A stretch of DNA of 64,000 nt. Source: Gammaproteobacteria bacterium. GTDB taxonomy: Bacteria > Pseudomonadota > Gammaproteobacteria > Chromatiales > Chromatiaceae. Positions within the stretch are counted from its first letter, which is position 1; every line of letters begins with the position of its first letter. The position numbers and the translations under genes are program-made. This document shows positions 55,704-64,000 of this stretch, piece after piece. The stretch is taken from assembly GCA_009928645.1 (NCBI GenBank), contig SACH01000001.1:56239-120238 (forward strand), read 5' to 3'. A model generated the notes under the pieces. It was given only the letters and a program-made list of their open reading frames with translations. It had not been told where the DNA came from and searched no databases.

Positions 55704-58379
55704 TTAGAGCGCAGGTTCCTCCTCCAGTCGGCGGTGGATCTCGGCGCGCAGCCAGCGGAGGGCAGTCTCCGCGGTCAGCGGGGCGTCATTGCGGGTGGTG
55801 ATGAAAAAGACGTCGTCGACCAGGGCGCCGACCGTGGCGATCTTGGCATTGTGCAGGCGGATGCCCCCCTCCTCGAAGATGGCGCCGATCTGCGCCAGCA
55901 GGCCCGGGCGGTCGCGGGTGGTGAGGCGCATCAGGGTGCGGTGGTTGCGCGGATCGGGGAGGAAGCTGACCTCGGTGGCGACGGGGAAGTGCCGCAACTG
56001 CCGCGCCAGCCGCCGCACGGCCGGAATCGGCACCTCCGGGTGGGCCAGGGCCTGGCGCAGGGTGGCCCGGAGCTTGGCCATGACCTCGGGGTCGTCCAGG
56101 GGCCGGCCGTCCCGGTCGAGGACGTGGAAGGCGTCCAGGGCCATGGCGTCATCCGTGGTCATGATGCGGGCGTCGACGATGTTCAGGCCCTGCTGATCCA
56201 GAATGGCGGTGGTGCGGCTGAAGAGCAGGTTGCGGTCCGGGGTGTAGAGGAAGACCTCGGTGCAGCCGCGGCGGGTCACCGGGCGGATGACCACCAGGGG
56301 CAGGTTGCCGGGGGGGTTGGTGAGGATGAGGCGGGTCTGCCAGGCGATCTCGTCCGGGGCGTTATAGCGGAAGTAATCGAGGTTGAACTTGATCCACAGG
56401 ACCATGCACTGGTCGCGGGTTAGCCCGTAGGCGGCGAGCTGGCGCAGGGCCTCCTCCTGCTTGCGCTGGATCAGCTCGTCCTGGGCCAGGGGGTTCTCCA
56501 GGCCACGCGCCAGGGCGGCGCGGGTCGCCTGGTGGAGCTCCTTGAGCAGGGAATCCTTCCAGGCATTCCACCGCCCCGGGTCGGTGGCGCGCATGTCGGC
56601 CACGGTCAGGAGGTAGAGGTAATTCAGCCGGTCGGGGTCCCCGACCAGGGCGGCGAACTCCTGGATGACCCGGGTATCGCTGAGGTCCTTGCGCTGGGCG
56701 GTCATGGACATGACCAGGTGCTTCTCCACCAGCCAGGCGACCAGCCGGCTGTCGAACTCCGGCAGCTCGTGGCGTTGGCAGAAGTCCCAGGCGTCCCGGG
56801 CGCCGAGGAGGGAGTGGTCGCCACCGCGACCCTTGGCGATGTCGTGGAAGAGCCCCGCCAGGTACAGCAGCTCCAGCTTGGGGATCTCCCGGGCGAGGGT
56901 GGCGCGAAAGGGGGACTCGCCATCGCCCTCGGGCGCGGCGAACTGACAGAGGTAGCGCAGCAGCCGCAGGCTGTGCTCGTCCACGGTATAGACGTGGAAG
57001 AGGTCGTATTGCATCCGGCCGACGATGTTGGCGAAGGCCGGCAGATAGGCGGCCAGGACCCCGTAGCGGTTCATGCGCGCCAGGGCCGCGGCGGGGCCCC
57101 GGGGATGGCGCATGATCTCCATGAAAAAGCTGCGCGCCCGCAGGTCCCCGCGGATCTGGTCGTCGATCAGGTGGCGGCACTCACGGATGAGACGGATGGT
57201 GCTGGCGCGGATGCCCTGGATCTCCGGATGGGTCTGGAGGAGGTGGAAGGCCTCCAGGAGGGCGACGGGATTGCGGCGGAAGACATCCGCATCGGTCACC
57301 TCCAGGAAGCCGCCCAGGGTGCGGAAGCGACGATTGAGGGCGACCGGCGGACCGAGCTGGTCATGGTAGAGGATGGCCTCCTGGAAGAGCTGCAGCAGCA
57401 TCTCATTGAGGCGGTTGAGCTCGATGACCGTGCGGTAGTACTGCTGCATGAACTGTTCGACGGCCAGGTTGTGGCTGCCGTCATCGACGAAGCCGAAGTC
57501 CCGGGCCAGGGTGCGCTGGTAGTCAAACAGCAGCCGGTCCTCCCGACGGCCGGCGAGGCGGTGGAGCTGGAAGCGGATGCGCCAGAGCAGGGCCTGGCCC
57601 TCGATCAGGGTCAGGTATTCCCCCTCGGTGAGAAAGCCGTGGGCCACCAGGTCGTGCAAGGTATCCGCGGCGAAGTGGCGTTTGGCCACCCAGCCGATCA
57701 TCTGGATGTCGCGCAGGCCGCCCGGGTTCTCCTTGATGTTGGGCTCCAGGTTATAGGCGGTACCGCCGTACTTGTTCCAGCGCTGACGCTGCTCCGCAGC
57801 CTTGGCGGTGAAGTAGGCCTCGCTCGGCCAGAGGTGGTCGGGGCCGGTGACGCGCCGCAGGGCGGCGAAGAGCCCGGCATCGCCCGCGATCAGCCGAGCC
57901 TCCAGGAGATTGGTCATGACGGTGACGTCGGCGCGGGCCTCGCTGACGCAGTCCGCCAGGGTGCGCACGCTTTGGCCGACCTCGGTGCCAATGTCCCAGA
58001 GGAAGGCGATGAAGGCCGCCAGGCGATCTTCCATCGCTGGCCCTTCGCGCAGGATGAGGATGTCCAGGTCCGAGCCGGGGTGCAGCTCTCCCCGGCCATA
58101 ACCACCGACGGCGATCAGGGCCAAGGCCGGGTCGCCTGGCCCCGGGGGGGGCAGGTGAAGCGCCCAGGCGTGGCTCAGCAGACAGTCCACCAGGCGGCTG
58201 TGGGCATGCACCAAGTCGGCGGCTGGCACCCCTTCATCGAAGGCGTCGTAGAGCAGTTGCCGCCCCTCCCGCAGGGCGCGACGAAAGGCGGGGAGGGGAT
58301 CAGTGCCGCTGGCCAGATCCCGCTCCAGTCCCTGTGCGGCCAGGGTGTCTAGAGTCCTGACCCGGGCATCGAGCTTCAT
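55704..58379 (-). CDS. glnD: [protein-PII] uridylyltransferase / uridylyl-removing enzyme
   Basis: Nucleotidyltransferase motif (AVGGYGRGELHPGSDLDI), HD domain (LLYLAGLFHDIAKG) and two C-terminal ACT domains. The ATGA overlap with map matches the conserved map-glnD order. Confidence 0.93.
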   Translation of the reverse strand: MKLDARVRTLDTLAAQGLERDLASGTDPLPAFRRALREGRQLLYDAFDEGVPAADLVHAHSRLVDCLLSHAWALHLPPPGPGDPALALIAVGGYGRGELHPGSDLDILILREGPAMEDRLAAFIAFLWDIGTEVGQSVRTLADCVSEARADVTVMTNLLEARLIAGDAGLFAALRRVTGPDHLWPSEAYFTAKAAEQRQRWNKYGGTAYNLEPNIKENPGGLRDIQMIGWVAKRHFAADTLHDLVAHGFLTEGEYLTLIEGQALLWRIRFQLHRLAGRREDRLLFDYQRTLARDFGFVDDGSHNLAVEQFMQQYYRTVIELNRLNEMLLQLFQEAILYHDQLGPPVALNRRFRTLGGFLEVTDADVFRRNPVALLEAFHLLQTHPEIQGIRASTIRLIRECRHLIDDQIRGDLRARSFFMEIMRHPRGPAAALARMNRYGVLAAYLPAFANIVGRMQYDLFHVYTVDEHSLRLLRYLCQFAAPEGDGESPFRATLAREIPKLELLYLAGLFHDIAKGRGGDHSLLGARDAWDFCQRHELPEFDSRLVAWLVEKHLVMSMTAQRKDLSDTRVIQEFAALVGDPDRLNYLYLLTVADMRATDPGRWNAWKDSLLKELHQATRAALARGLENPLAQDELIQRKQEEALRQLAAYGLTRDQCMVLWIKFNLDYFRYNAPDEIAWQTRLILTNPPGNLPLVVIRPVTRRGCTEVFLYTPDRNLLFSRTTAILDQQGLNIVDARIMTTDDAMALDAFHVLDRDGRPLDDPEVMAKLRATLRQALAHPEVPIPAVRRLARQLRHFPVATEVSFLPDPRNHRTLMRLTTRDRPGLLAQIGAIFEEGGIRLHNAKIATVGALVDDVFFITTRNDAPLTAETALRWLRAEIHRRLEEEPAL

Positions 58380-59170
58380 GGCGGGCCCGAGCCGGCTGCG
58401 GCGTTGGCGTGCTCCTCCTGGCGCAGGGTGAGGACCTCGTGGCCCTCGGGGGTGACCAGAACCGTATGTTCCCACTGGGCGGAGAGGGAGCGGTCCTTGG
58501 TGACCACGGTCCAGCCGTCCGGCAGCAGCTTGATGAAGCGCTTACCAGCATTGACCATGGGCTCGATGGTGAAGCACATGCCGGGCCGCAGCACCAGGCC
58601 CTGGCCACGCTTGCCGTAATGCAGCACCTGGGGCTCCTCGTGGAAATCGCGGCCGATGCCGTGACCGCAATATTCCTCGACCACGGAAAAGCGGTGCCGT
58701 TCGACGTAGCTCTGGATGGCGTGGCCGATGTCCCCCAGGGTGGCGCCGGGACGGACCTGGTTGAGGCCGATCCACAGGGCCTCATGGGTCACCTGGATCA
58801 GACGGCGGGCAAGAATCGAGGGCTCACCCACGCAGAACATCTTGCTGGTGTCCCCGTGGTAGCCATCCTTGATCACAGTGATGTCGATATTGAGGATGTC
58901 GCCCTTTTTGAGCTGCTTGTCACCGGGGATGCCATGACAAACCTGATGGTTAATCGAGGTGCAGATGGAGCGCGGGAAGCCGCGATAATTGAGAGGGGCG
59001 GGGATGGCCCCCTGATGATTGACGATGTAGTCGTGGCAGATCTGATCTAGCTCGGCGGTCGTGACGCCCGGTACCACCTGTTCCGCGATCATCTCCAGGA
59101 CCTCCGCCGCCAGGCGTCCGGCCAGGCGCATTTTTGCAATCTCGTCGGCGGTCTTAATGATAACGCTCAT
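58376..59170 (-). CDS. map: type I methionine aminopeptidase
   Basis: The metal-ligand contexts NIDITVIKDGYHGDTS, CGHGIG and FTIEP are present, 264 aa. Confidence 0.96.
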   Translation of the reverse strand: MSVIIKTADEIAKMRLAGRLAAEVLEMIAEQVVPGVTTAELDQICHDYIVNHQGAIPAPLNYRGFPRSICTSINHQVCHGIPGDKQLKKGDILNIDITVIKDGYHGDTSKMFCVGEPSILARRLIQVTHEALWIGLNQVRPGATLGDIGHAIQSYVERHRFSVVEEYCGHGIGRDFHEEPQVLHYGKRGQGLVLRPGMCFTIEPMVNAGKRFIKLLPDGWTVVTKDRSLSAQWEHTVLVTPEGHEVLTLRQEEHANAAAGSGPP

Positions 59171-59508
59171 GCTGGGGACTACTTAGCAGGTAGGGGGCGG
59201 GGCGGGACCCGGCGGGGTCCAGGACAGGCTTGAAATTGCTCGAATCCTGAGCCCTATGGTATAAAAGCGCGCCCTGGATGGGCAAACTGATTCGTCCAGG
59301 GCTTCACCCACGGGCGGAAGCGGCCCCGTCGGACTGGCCGCGGGCGCGAGAGACACTGGACTTTCGCGCCACATTTATGGCCCGGACCCTTGCCGGGCCC
59401 TGCAACGCCACACACGCCCCGTCACCGGGACAACCGGGTGCCCGCCCTTGCGGGTCGTTGCCTGGGGAGGCGTGGAGGTTCAACCCAACGTCATCGAGGA
59501 TTTCGCTC

Positions 59509-60258
59509 ATGAGCCAAGTATCTATGCGGGATATGCTGGAGGCTGGTGTCCACTTCGGTCACCAGACCCGCTACTGGAACCCCAGGATGGGGGCCTACAT
59601 CTTTGGACATCGCAACAAAATTCACATCGTCAATCTGGAAAAGACGCTGCCGCTGTTCCGCGAGGCCCTGAATTTTATGGGTACCCTGTCCGCTAATGGT
59701 GGCAAGGTCCTGTTCGTCGGCACCAAGCGCGCCGCCCGCGACGCGATCCGCGAGGAGGCCATCCGCTGTGGCATGCCCTTCGTCAATCACCGTTGGTTGG
59801 GTGGCATGCTGACGAATTTCAAGACCATCAAGCAGTCCATCAAGCGTCTCAAGGAACTGGAGGCCATGTTCGAGGATGGCACCATCAACCGCTTCAACAA
59901 GAAGGAGGCCCTTGGTCTGAGCCGTGAGAAGGAGAAGCTGGAGTTGAGCCTGGGCGGTATCAAGGACCTCGGCGGGTTGCCGGACGCCCTCTTTATCATT
60001 GACGTTGGCCACGAGAAGCTGGCCGTGACCGAGGCCAACAAGCTCGGAATCCCGGTGGTGGGTGTGGTGGACACCAACAATGACCCTGGGCCCATCGACT
60101 ACGTCATCCCCGGCAACGACGATGCCATCCGCGCCGTGCGCCTCTATATCTCCGAGGCCGCCAGCGCTGTCCTCGACGGTCGCCAGAGCGCCGCCGCCAT
60201 GGCCGGCCGGGGCGATGAGTATATCGAGGCGGCCGGTTCGGTACCCGCCGCCGCCTGA
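59509..60258 (+). CDS. rpsB: 30S ribosomal protein S2
   Basis: [22 protein letters not shown], and the start is set at the ATG 59509. Confidence 0.96.
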   Translation: MSQVSMRDMLEAGVHFGHQTRYWNPRMGAYIFGHRNKIHIVNLEKTLPLFREALNFMGTLSANGGKVLFVGTKRAARDAIREEAIRCGMPFVNHRWLGGMLTNFKTIKQSIKRLKELEAMFEDGTINRFNKKEALGLSREKEKLELSLGGIKDLGGLPDALFIIDVGHEKLAVTEANKLGIPVVGVVDTNNDPGPIDYVIPGNDDAIRAVRLYISEAASAVLDGRQSAAAMAGRGDEYIEAAGSVPAAA

Positions 60259-60403
60259 GGTCCGGGGATCTGGCTCCCAGATCCCCGGACCCGGGTCCAA
60301 CCCGGGCGGTTCGCCGCCCGGGAAACCCACCTGAACCCTTTATCGCGCCGCGGGCCCCGAGGGGCGCGCGGCGTTCACCTGTCAGTCTGCTGGAGAATTG
60401 TTG

Positions 60404-61291
60404 ATGGAAATCACCGCCGCATTGGTCAAGGAGCTCAGAGAGCGTACCGGGGCCGGCATGATGGAGTGCAAGAAGGCCCTGGTCGAGGCCCAGGGCGATA
60501 TCGAGGTCGCCATCGAGGCCATGCGCAAGTCGGGCCAGGCCAAGGCGGCCAAGAAGGCCGGTCGCATCGCCGCTGACGGGGCCGTGGTTATCAAGATTGC
60601 CGCCGATGGCAAGCGCGCCGTGCTACTGGAGGTCAACAGCGAGACCGACTTCGTCGCCAAGGATGCCAACTTCGCCGCGTTCGCCGAAGCCGTGGGCGAG
60701 GCGGCCCTGGCCTGCGCCGTCACCGACGTCGAGGCCCTCGCCGCCCAGCCCCTGCGCGCCGGGGAGGCCACCACTATCGCCGAGGCCCGGGAGGCCCTGA
60801 TTGCCAAGATCGGCGAGAACATCCAGATTCGTCGCCTGGTCCGCTTCGAGGACGTCCAGGGCCAGCTTCACGCTTATCGCCACGGAGTGCGCATCGGCGT
60901 CCTGGTCGAGATGGAGGGCGGTACCCCCGAACTGGGCAAGGATATCGCCATGCATGTGGCTGCCAGCAATCCCATGTGCGTCAGTGCCGAGCAGGTCCCC
61001 ACTGCGGCCCTGGAGAAGGAGAAGGAAATCTTTCGCGCCCAGGCACTGGAGAGCGGCAAGCCGGCGGAGATGGTCGAGAAGATCATCGGCGGCCGGGTGC
61101 GCAAGTACCTGGAAGAGGTGACCCTCCACGGCCAGGCCTTCGTCAAGGATGCCGAGACCACCGTCGAGAAGCTCCTGGAGCGTGCTGGCGCCAAGGTCCG
61201 CCGCTTCGCCCGGGTCGAAGTGGGCGAGGGTATCGAGAAACGGCAGGAGAACTTCGCCGACGAAGTCATGGCCCAGGTGCGCGGCAACTGA
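60404..61291 (+). CDS. tsf: translation elongation factor Ts
   Basis: [26 protein letters not shown]. The RBS GGAGA lies upstream of the ATG at 60404. Confidence 0.96.
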   Translation: MEITAALVKELRERTGAGMMECKKALVEAQGDIEVAIEAMRKSGQAKAAKKAGRIAADGAVVIKIAADGKRAVLLEVNSETDFVAKDANFAAFAEAVGEAALACAVTDVEALAAQPLRAGEATTIAEAREALIAKIGENIQIRRLVRFEDVQGQLHAYRHGVRIGVLVEMEGGTPELGKDIAMHVAASNPMCVSAEQVPTAALEKEKEIFRAQALESGKPAEMVEKIIGGRVRKYLEEVTLHGQAFVKDAETTVEKLLERAGAKVRRFARVEVGEGIEKRQENFADEVMAQVRGN

Positions 61292-61480
61292 GGCTTTCGC
61301 GGGTGGTGGCCCCAGCCGCCACCCCGGAAGGGTCCTGCCAACTACCCCAATCCCTGGTGCGAACTATGGGCCGCATTCGGTCCATGCCGATGGCCTCCCT
61401 ACTCACCCCGACTGGGAGCCGAAAACTCGTGGGCGTTGGGTATACAATGACGTCCCCCATCCCCGGCCAGAGGTCTGCCT

Positions 61481-62203
61481 GTGTCCCAACCAGCCTATCG
61501 GCGTATCCTGCTCAAGCTCAGTGGTGAGGCCCTCATGGGCTCCGGCCAGTTTGGCATCGACCCGGAGGTCATGGCCCGGCTGGCGGCAGAGGTCAAGGGG
61601 CTGCGGGACGCCGGGGTCCAGGTGGCGCTGGTGGTCGGCGGCGGCAATATCTTCCGCGGCGCGGGCCTGGCGGGGGCGGGCATGGATCGGGTCACCGGCG
61701 ATCAGATGGGCATGCTGGCGACGGTCATGAACGCCCTGGCCATGCAGGATGCCCTGGAGCGCATCGGGGCCAGTACCCGCGTCATGTCCGCCCTGCGCAT
61801 CAACCAGGTGTGCGAGGACTTCATCCGCCGCCGGGCGGTGCGCCACCTCGAAATCGGGCACATCGTGATCTTCGCCGCCGGCACCGGCAACCCCTTCTTC
61901 ACTACCGACTCGGCGGCTAGCCTGCGGGCGGTGGAGATCGGCGCCGAGCTGCTGATCAAAGCCACCCAGGTCGACGGCGTCTATTCCGCCGATCCCAAGA
62001 AGGATCCGGCGGCGGTCTTCTACCCGCGCCTGAGCTACGACCAGGCCTTGCGGGAGAACCTCAAGGTGATGGACACCACGGCCATCGTCCTCTGCCGGGA
62101 CAACCGCATCCCCATTCGCGTCATGAATATCCACCAACCCGGGGCCCTGATGCGCCTGGTCGAGGGCGAGGCCATCGGTTCCCTGGTCGAGAGCGGAGAC
62201 TGA
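61481..62203 (+). CDS. pyrH: UMP kinase
   Basis: [23 protein letters not shown], and a GTG start. Confidence 0.95.
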   Translation: MSQPAYRRILLKLSGEALMGSGQFGIDPEVMARLAAEVKGLRDAGVQVALVVGGGNIFRGAGLAGAGMDRVTGDQMGMLATVMNALAMQDALERIGASTRVMSALRINQVCEDFIRRRAVRHLEIGHIVIFAAGTGNPFFTTDSAASLRAVEIGAELLIKATQVDGVYSADPKKDPAAVFYPRLSYDQALRENLKVMDTTAIVLCRDNRIPIRVMNIHQPGALMRLVEGEAIGSLVESGD

Positions 62204-62215
62204 GAGGAAGCTGAA

Positions 62216-62773
62216 ATGATCAACGATGTCACCAAGGACGCCGAAGGGCGCATGGCCAAAAGTGTCGAGGCCCTGCGCCTGGAGCTGGTCAAAATCCGCA
62301 CCGGTCGCGCCCACCCCTCCCTGCTGGACCATATCCGCGTCAATTATTATGGCAACGAGGTGCCCATCAAGCAGGTGGCCAACGTCACCGCCGAGGATGC
62401 CCGCACCCTGGCGGTGGCCCCCTGGGAGAAGAGCATGATCTCGGCGGTGGAGAAGGCCATCCTCCAGTCCGATCTGGGCCTCAATCCCAACACCGCCAGC
62501 AACGTGATCCGGGTGCCCATCCCCCCCCTGACCGAAGAGCGCCGTCGCGACCTGATCAAGGTGGCGCGGGCCGAGGCCGAACAGGGGCGGGTCGCCATTC
62601 GCAACATCCGCCGCGAGGCCAACAACGAATTCAAGGAGATGATCAAAGAGAAGATGATCTCGGAGGACGATGAGCGGCGGGGGCAGGAACTGGTCCAGAA
62701 GCTCACTGATAAGTACGTCAAGGAGGTCGACCTCGTCCTGGAGGAGAAGGAAAAGGACCTGATGGCCATCTGA
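62216..62773 (+). CDS. frr: ribosome recycling factor
   Basis: 185 aa with [12 protein letters not shown] and IRNIRREAN. Confidence 0.96.
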   Translation: MINDVTKDAEGRMAKSVEALRLELVKIRTGRAHPSLLDHIRVNYYGNEVPIKQVANVTAEDARTLAVAPWEKSMISAVEKAILQSDLGLNPNTASNVIRVPIPPLTEERRRDLIKVARAEAEQGRVAIRNIRREANNEFKEMIKEKMISEDDERRGQELVQKLTDKYVKEVDLVLEEKEKDLMAI

Positions 62774-62779
62774 GGCCAG

Positions 62780-62960
62780 GCACGGTCGGCCCCGGTCCCA
62801 TCGGCCGCAGCGACAACCGAGTCCAGTCCCTTCCAACGCCCGTGCCGTCCGACTCCGGTCCCGTCTGAACCCCTGCCGCCAGACCGAAGAACCGTCCGAC
62901 CCTGGTCCCAGTTGACTCTAGTCCCATCTGACCCCCCTCCTGACCCAGTTCCCGCCACCG
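62780..62960. repeat. degenerate direct repeats built on a GGTCCC / CTGACCC core in the frr-uppS spacer
   Basis: CGGTCGGCCCCGGTCCCATC, CCGTCCGACTCCGGTCCCGTCTGAAC and CCGTCCGACCCTGGTCCCAGTTGAC, followed by TAGTCCCATCTGACCCCCCTCCTGACCCAG. Confidence 0.55.
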
Positions 62961-62976
62961 AGTACGCTTGAGGCCC

Positions 62977-63795
62977 ATGGCAACTCCCCCGAATGGCGCC
63001 CCGACCGTGGGTAACATCCCCCGCCACGTGGCCATCATCATGGATGGCAATGGCCGCTGGGCCCGCGCCCGCTACCTGCCTCGGGGCGCCGGCCACCGCG
63101 CCGGGGTCAAGAGCGTCCGGGTCGTGGTCGAGGAGAGCATCCGCCTGGGGGTGGAGGTCCTGACCCTTTTCGCCTTCAGTAGCGAGAACTGGCGCCGGCC
63201 AAGGGAGGAGGTCGATTTCCTCATGCAACTCTTCCTCACCGCCCTGCGTTCGGAGGTGAAAAAGCTCCAGGAACAGGGTGGGCGGCTGCGGGTGATCGGA
63301 GATCTCGCCGCCTTCCCCGAACGTCTGCGCCGGGAGATCGCCGAGGCCGAGGCGGCGACGGCGGCCAATTCCAAGCTCGTCCTGCAGATCGCCGCCAATT
63401 ACGGCGGCCGCTGGGACCTGACCCAGGCGGCGCGGTCCCTCGCCCGGGAGGTGGCCGCCGGTCGCCTCGATCCCGAGGCTATCGACGAGGGCCACCTGGC
63501 GGCTGGCCTTGCCACTGGCGGCTTGCCCGACCCGGATCTCTTTATCCGCACCGGGGGGGAGCAGCGGCTGAGCAACTACCTGCTGTGGCAATCCGCCTAC
63601 GCCGAGCTCTATTTCACCGATATCAAGTGGCCGGACTTCGGGGCCGCGGCCTTCGCCACAGCCATCGCCGATTATGGCCGGCGCCAGCGGCGTTTTGGCC
63701 AGACCTCCGAGCAAGTGGCTGGGGCCAAGGGGCCCGCCGCCGAGGTGGGGCCGGAGTCGCCCCATGACCCGGATCGGACCTGGTCCCCGGCCTGA
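62977..63795 (+). CDS. uppS: undecaprenyl-diphosphate synthase with a short low-complexity C-terminal tail
   Basis: PRHVAIIMDGNGRWA, FAFSSENWRRP and IRTGGEQRLSNYLLWQSAYAELYF are present. Confidence 0.92.
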   Translation: MATPPNGAPTVGNIPRHVAIIMDGNGRWARARYLPRGAGHRAGVKSVRVVVEESIRLGVEVLTLFAFSSENWRRPREEVDFLMQLFLTALRSEVKKLQEQGGRLRVIGDLAAFPERLRREIAEAEAATAANSKLVLQIAANYGGRWDLTQAARSLAREVAAGRLDPEAIDEGHLAAGLATGGLPDPDLFIRTGGEQRLSNYLLWQSAYAELYFTDIKWPDFGAAAFATAIADYGRRQRRFGQTSEQVAGAKGPAAEVGPESPHDPDRTWSPA

Positions 63796-63805
63796 ACGGG
63801 TCACC

Positions 63806-64000
63806 ATGCCCCTGACCAGCCTGCAGCGCCGGGTCATCACGGCCTCCCTCCTGGCCCCCGCGGCGATCCTGGTGGTGCTGTTCCTGCCCGGGCCCGCCTT
63901 CGCCGTCGCCCTGGGCCTGGTCCTGTTGGGGGCGGGCTGGGAATGGTCGGCCCTGGCCGGCTTGACCACCCCGGCGACGCGGCTGGCCTATCTCGCCCTC
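63806..64000 (+). CDS. cdsA: phosphatidate cytidylyltransferase, N-terminal fragment (runs off the window)
   Basis: The ORF opens at the ATG 63806 (MPLTSLQRRVITASLLAPAAILVVLFLP...WEWSAL). The hydrophobic N-terminus fits, as does the canonical position after uppS. Confidence 0.6.
   Translation, partial: MPLTSLQRRVITASLLAPAAILVVLFLPGPAFAVALGLVLLGAGWEWSALAGLTTPATRLAYLAL

Noticed and set aside
62780-62960. CRISPR-like array, considered here and at 24984-25068, 26790-26879 and 34467-34550.
   Set aside because: The units are 12-30 nt, degenerate and contiguous or nearly so, with no unique spacers of regular length. No cas genes are present. They are tandem or dispersed simple repeats, not CRISPR.

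Overview
GC-rich chromosomal segment with gammaproteobacterial gene order: zipA-ligA, divergent rne/rluC, map-glnD, rpsB-tsf-pyrH-frr-uppS-cdsA and pyrG-kdsA-eno-ftsB-ispD-ispF. About two thirds (roughly 21.3-64 kb) is housekeeping core. The first ~21 kb is the accessory-looking part. It holds a sucrose module (sps-spp-fructokinase-amylosucrase), a P-type cation ATPase, a trehalose module (membrane-sensor-fused otsA, otsB, GH15 hydrolase), four tandem DUF21-CBS-CorC (CNNM/TlyC-type) genes and an NhaD antiporter, which together read as an osmoadaptation and cation-homeostasis supercluster. I saw one intact tRNA-Ser(UGA) and no rRNA, CRISPR array, transposase, integrase or recognisable defence-system gene. 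I found no clearly new multi-gene system. The leads most worth checking are: (1) the four tandem CNNM paralogs, with a duplicated hairpin motif in the gap before the last one; (2) the OtsA fused to a two-TM periplasmic sensor-like domain; (3) a ~1 kb non-coding stretch next to tRNA-Ser containing a truncated tRNA-Ser 5' half, a 44-codon hydrophobic mini-ORF and a GGA-rich structured region ending in a strong intrinsic terminator (candidate CsrB/Rsm-like sRNA); (4) short degenerate tandem repeats at gene 3' ends and in intergenic gaps, plus low-complexity expansions inside conserved enzymes. All calls come from reading the translations and the DNA by eye. No searches were run, and motif counts are manual.
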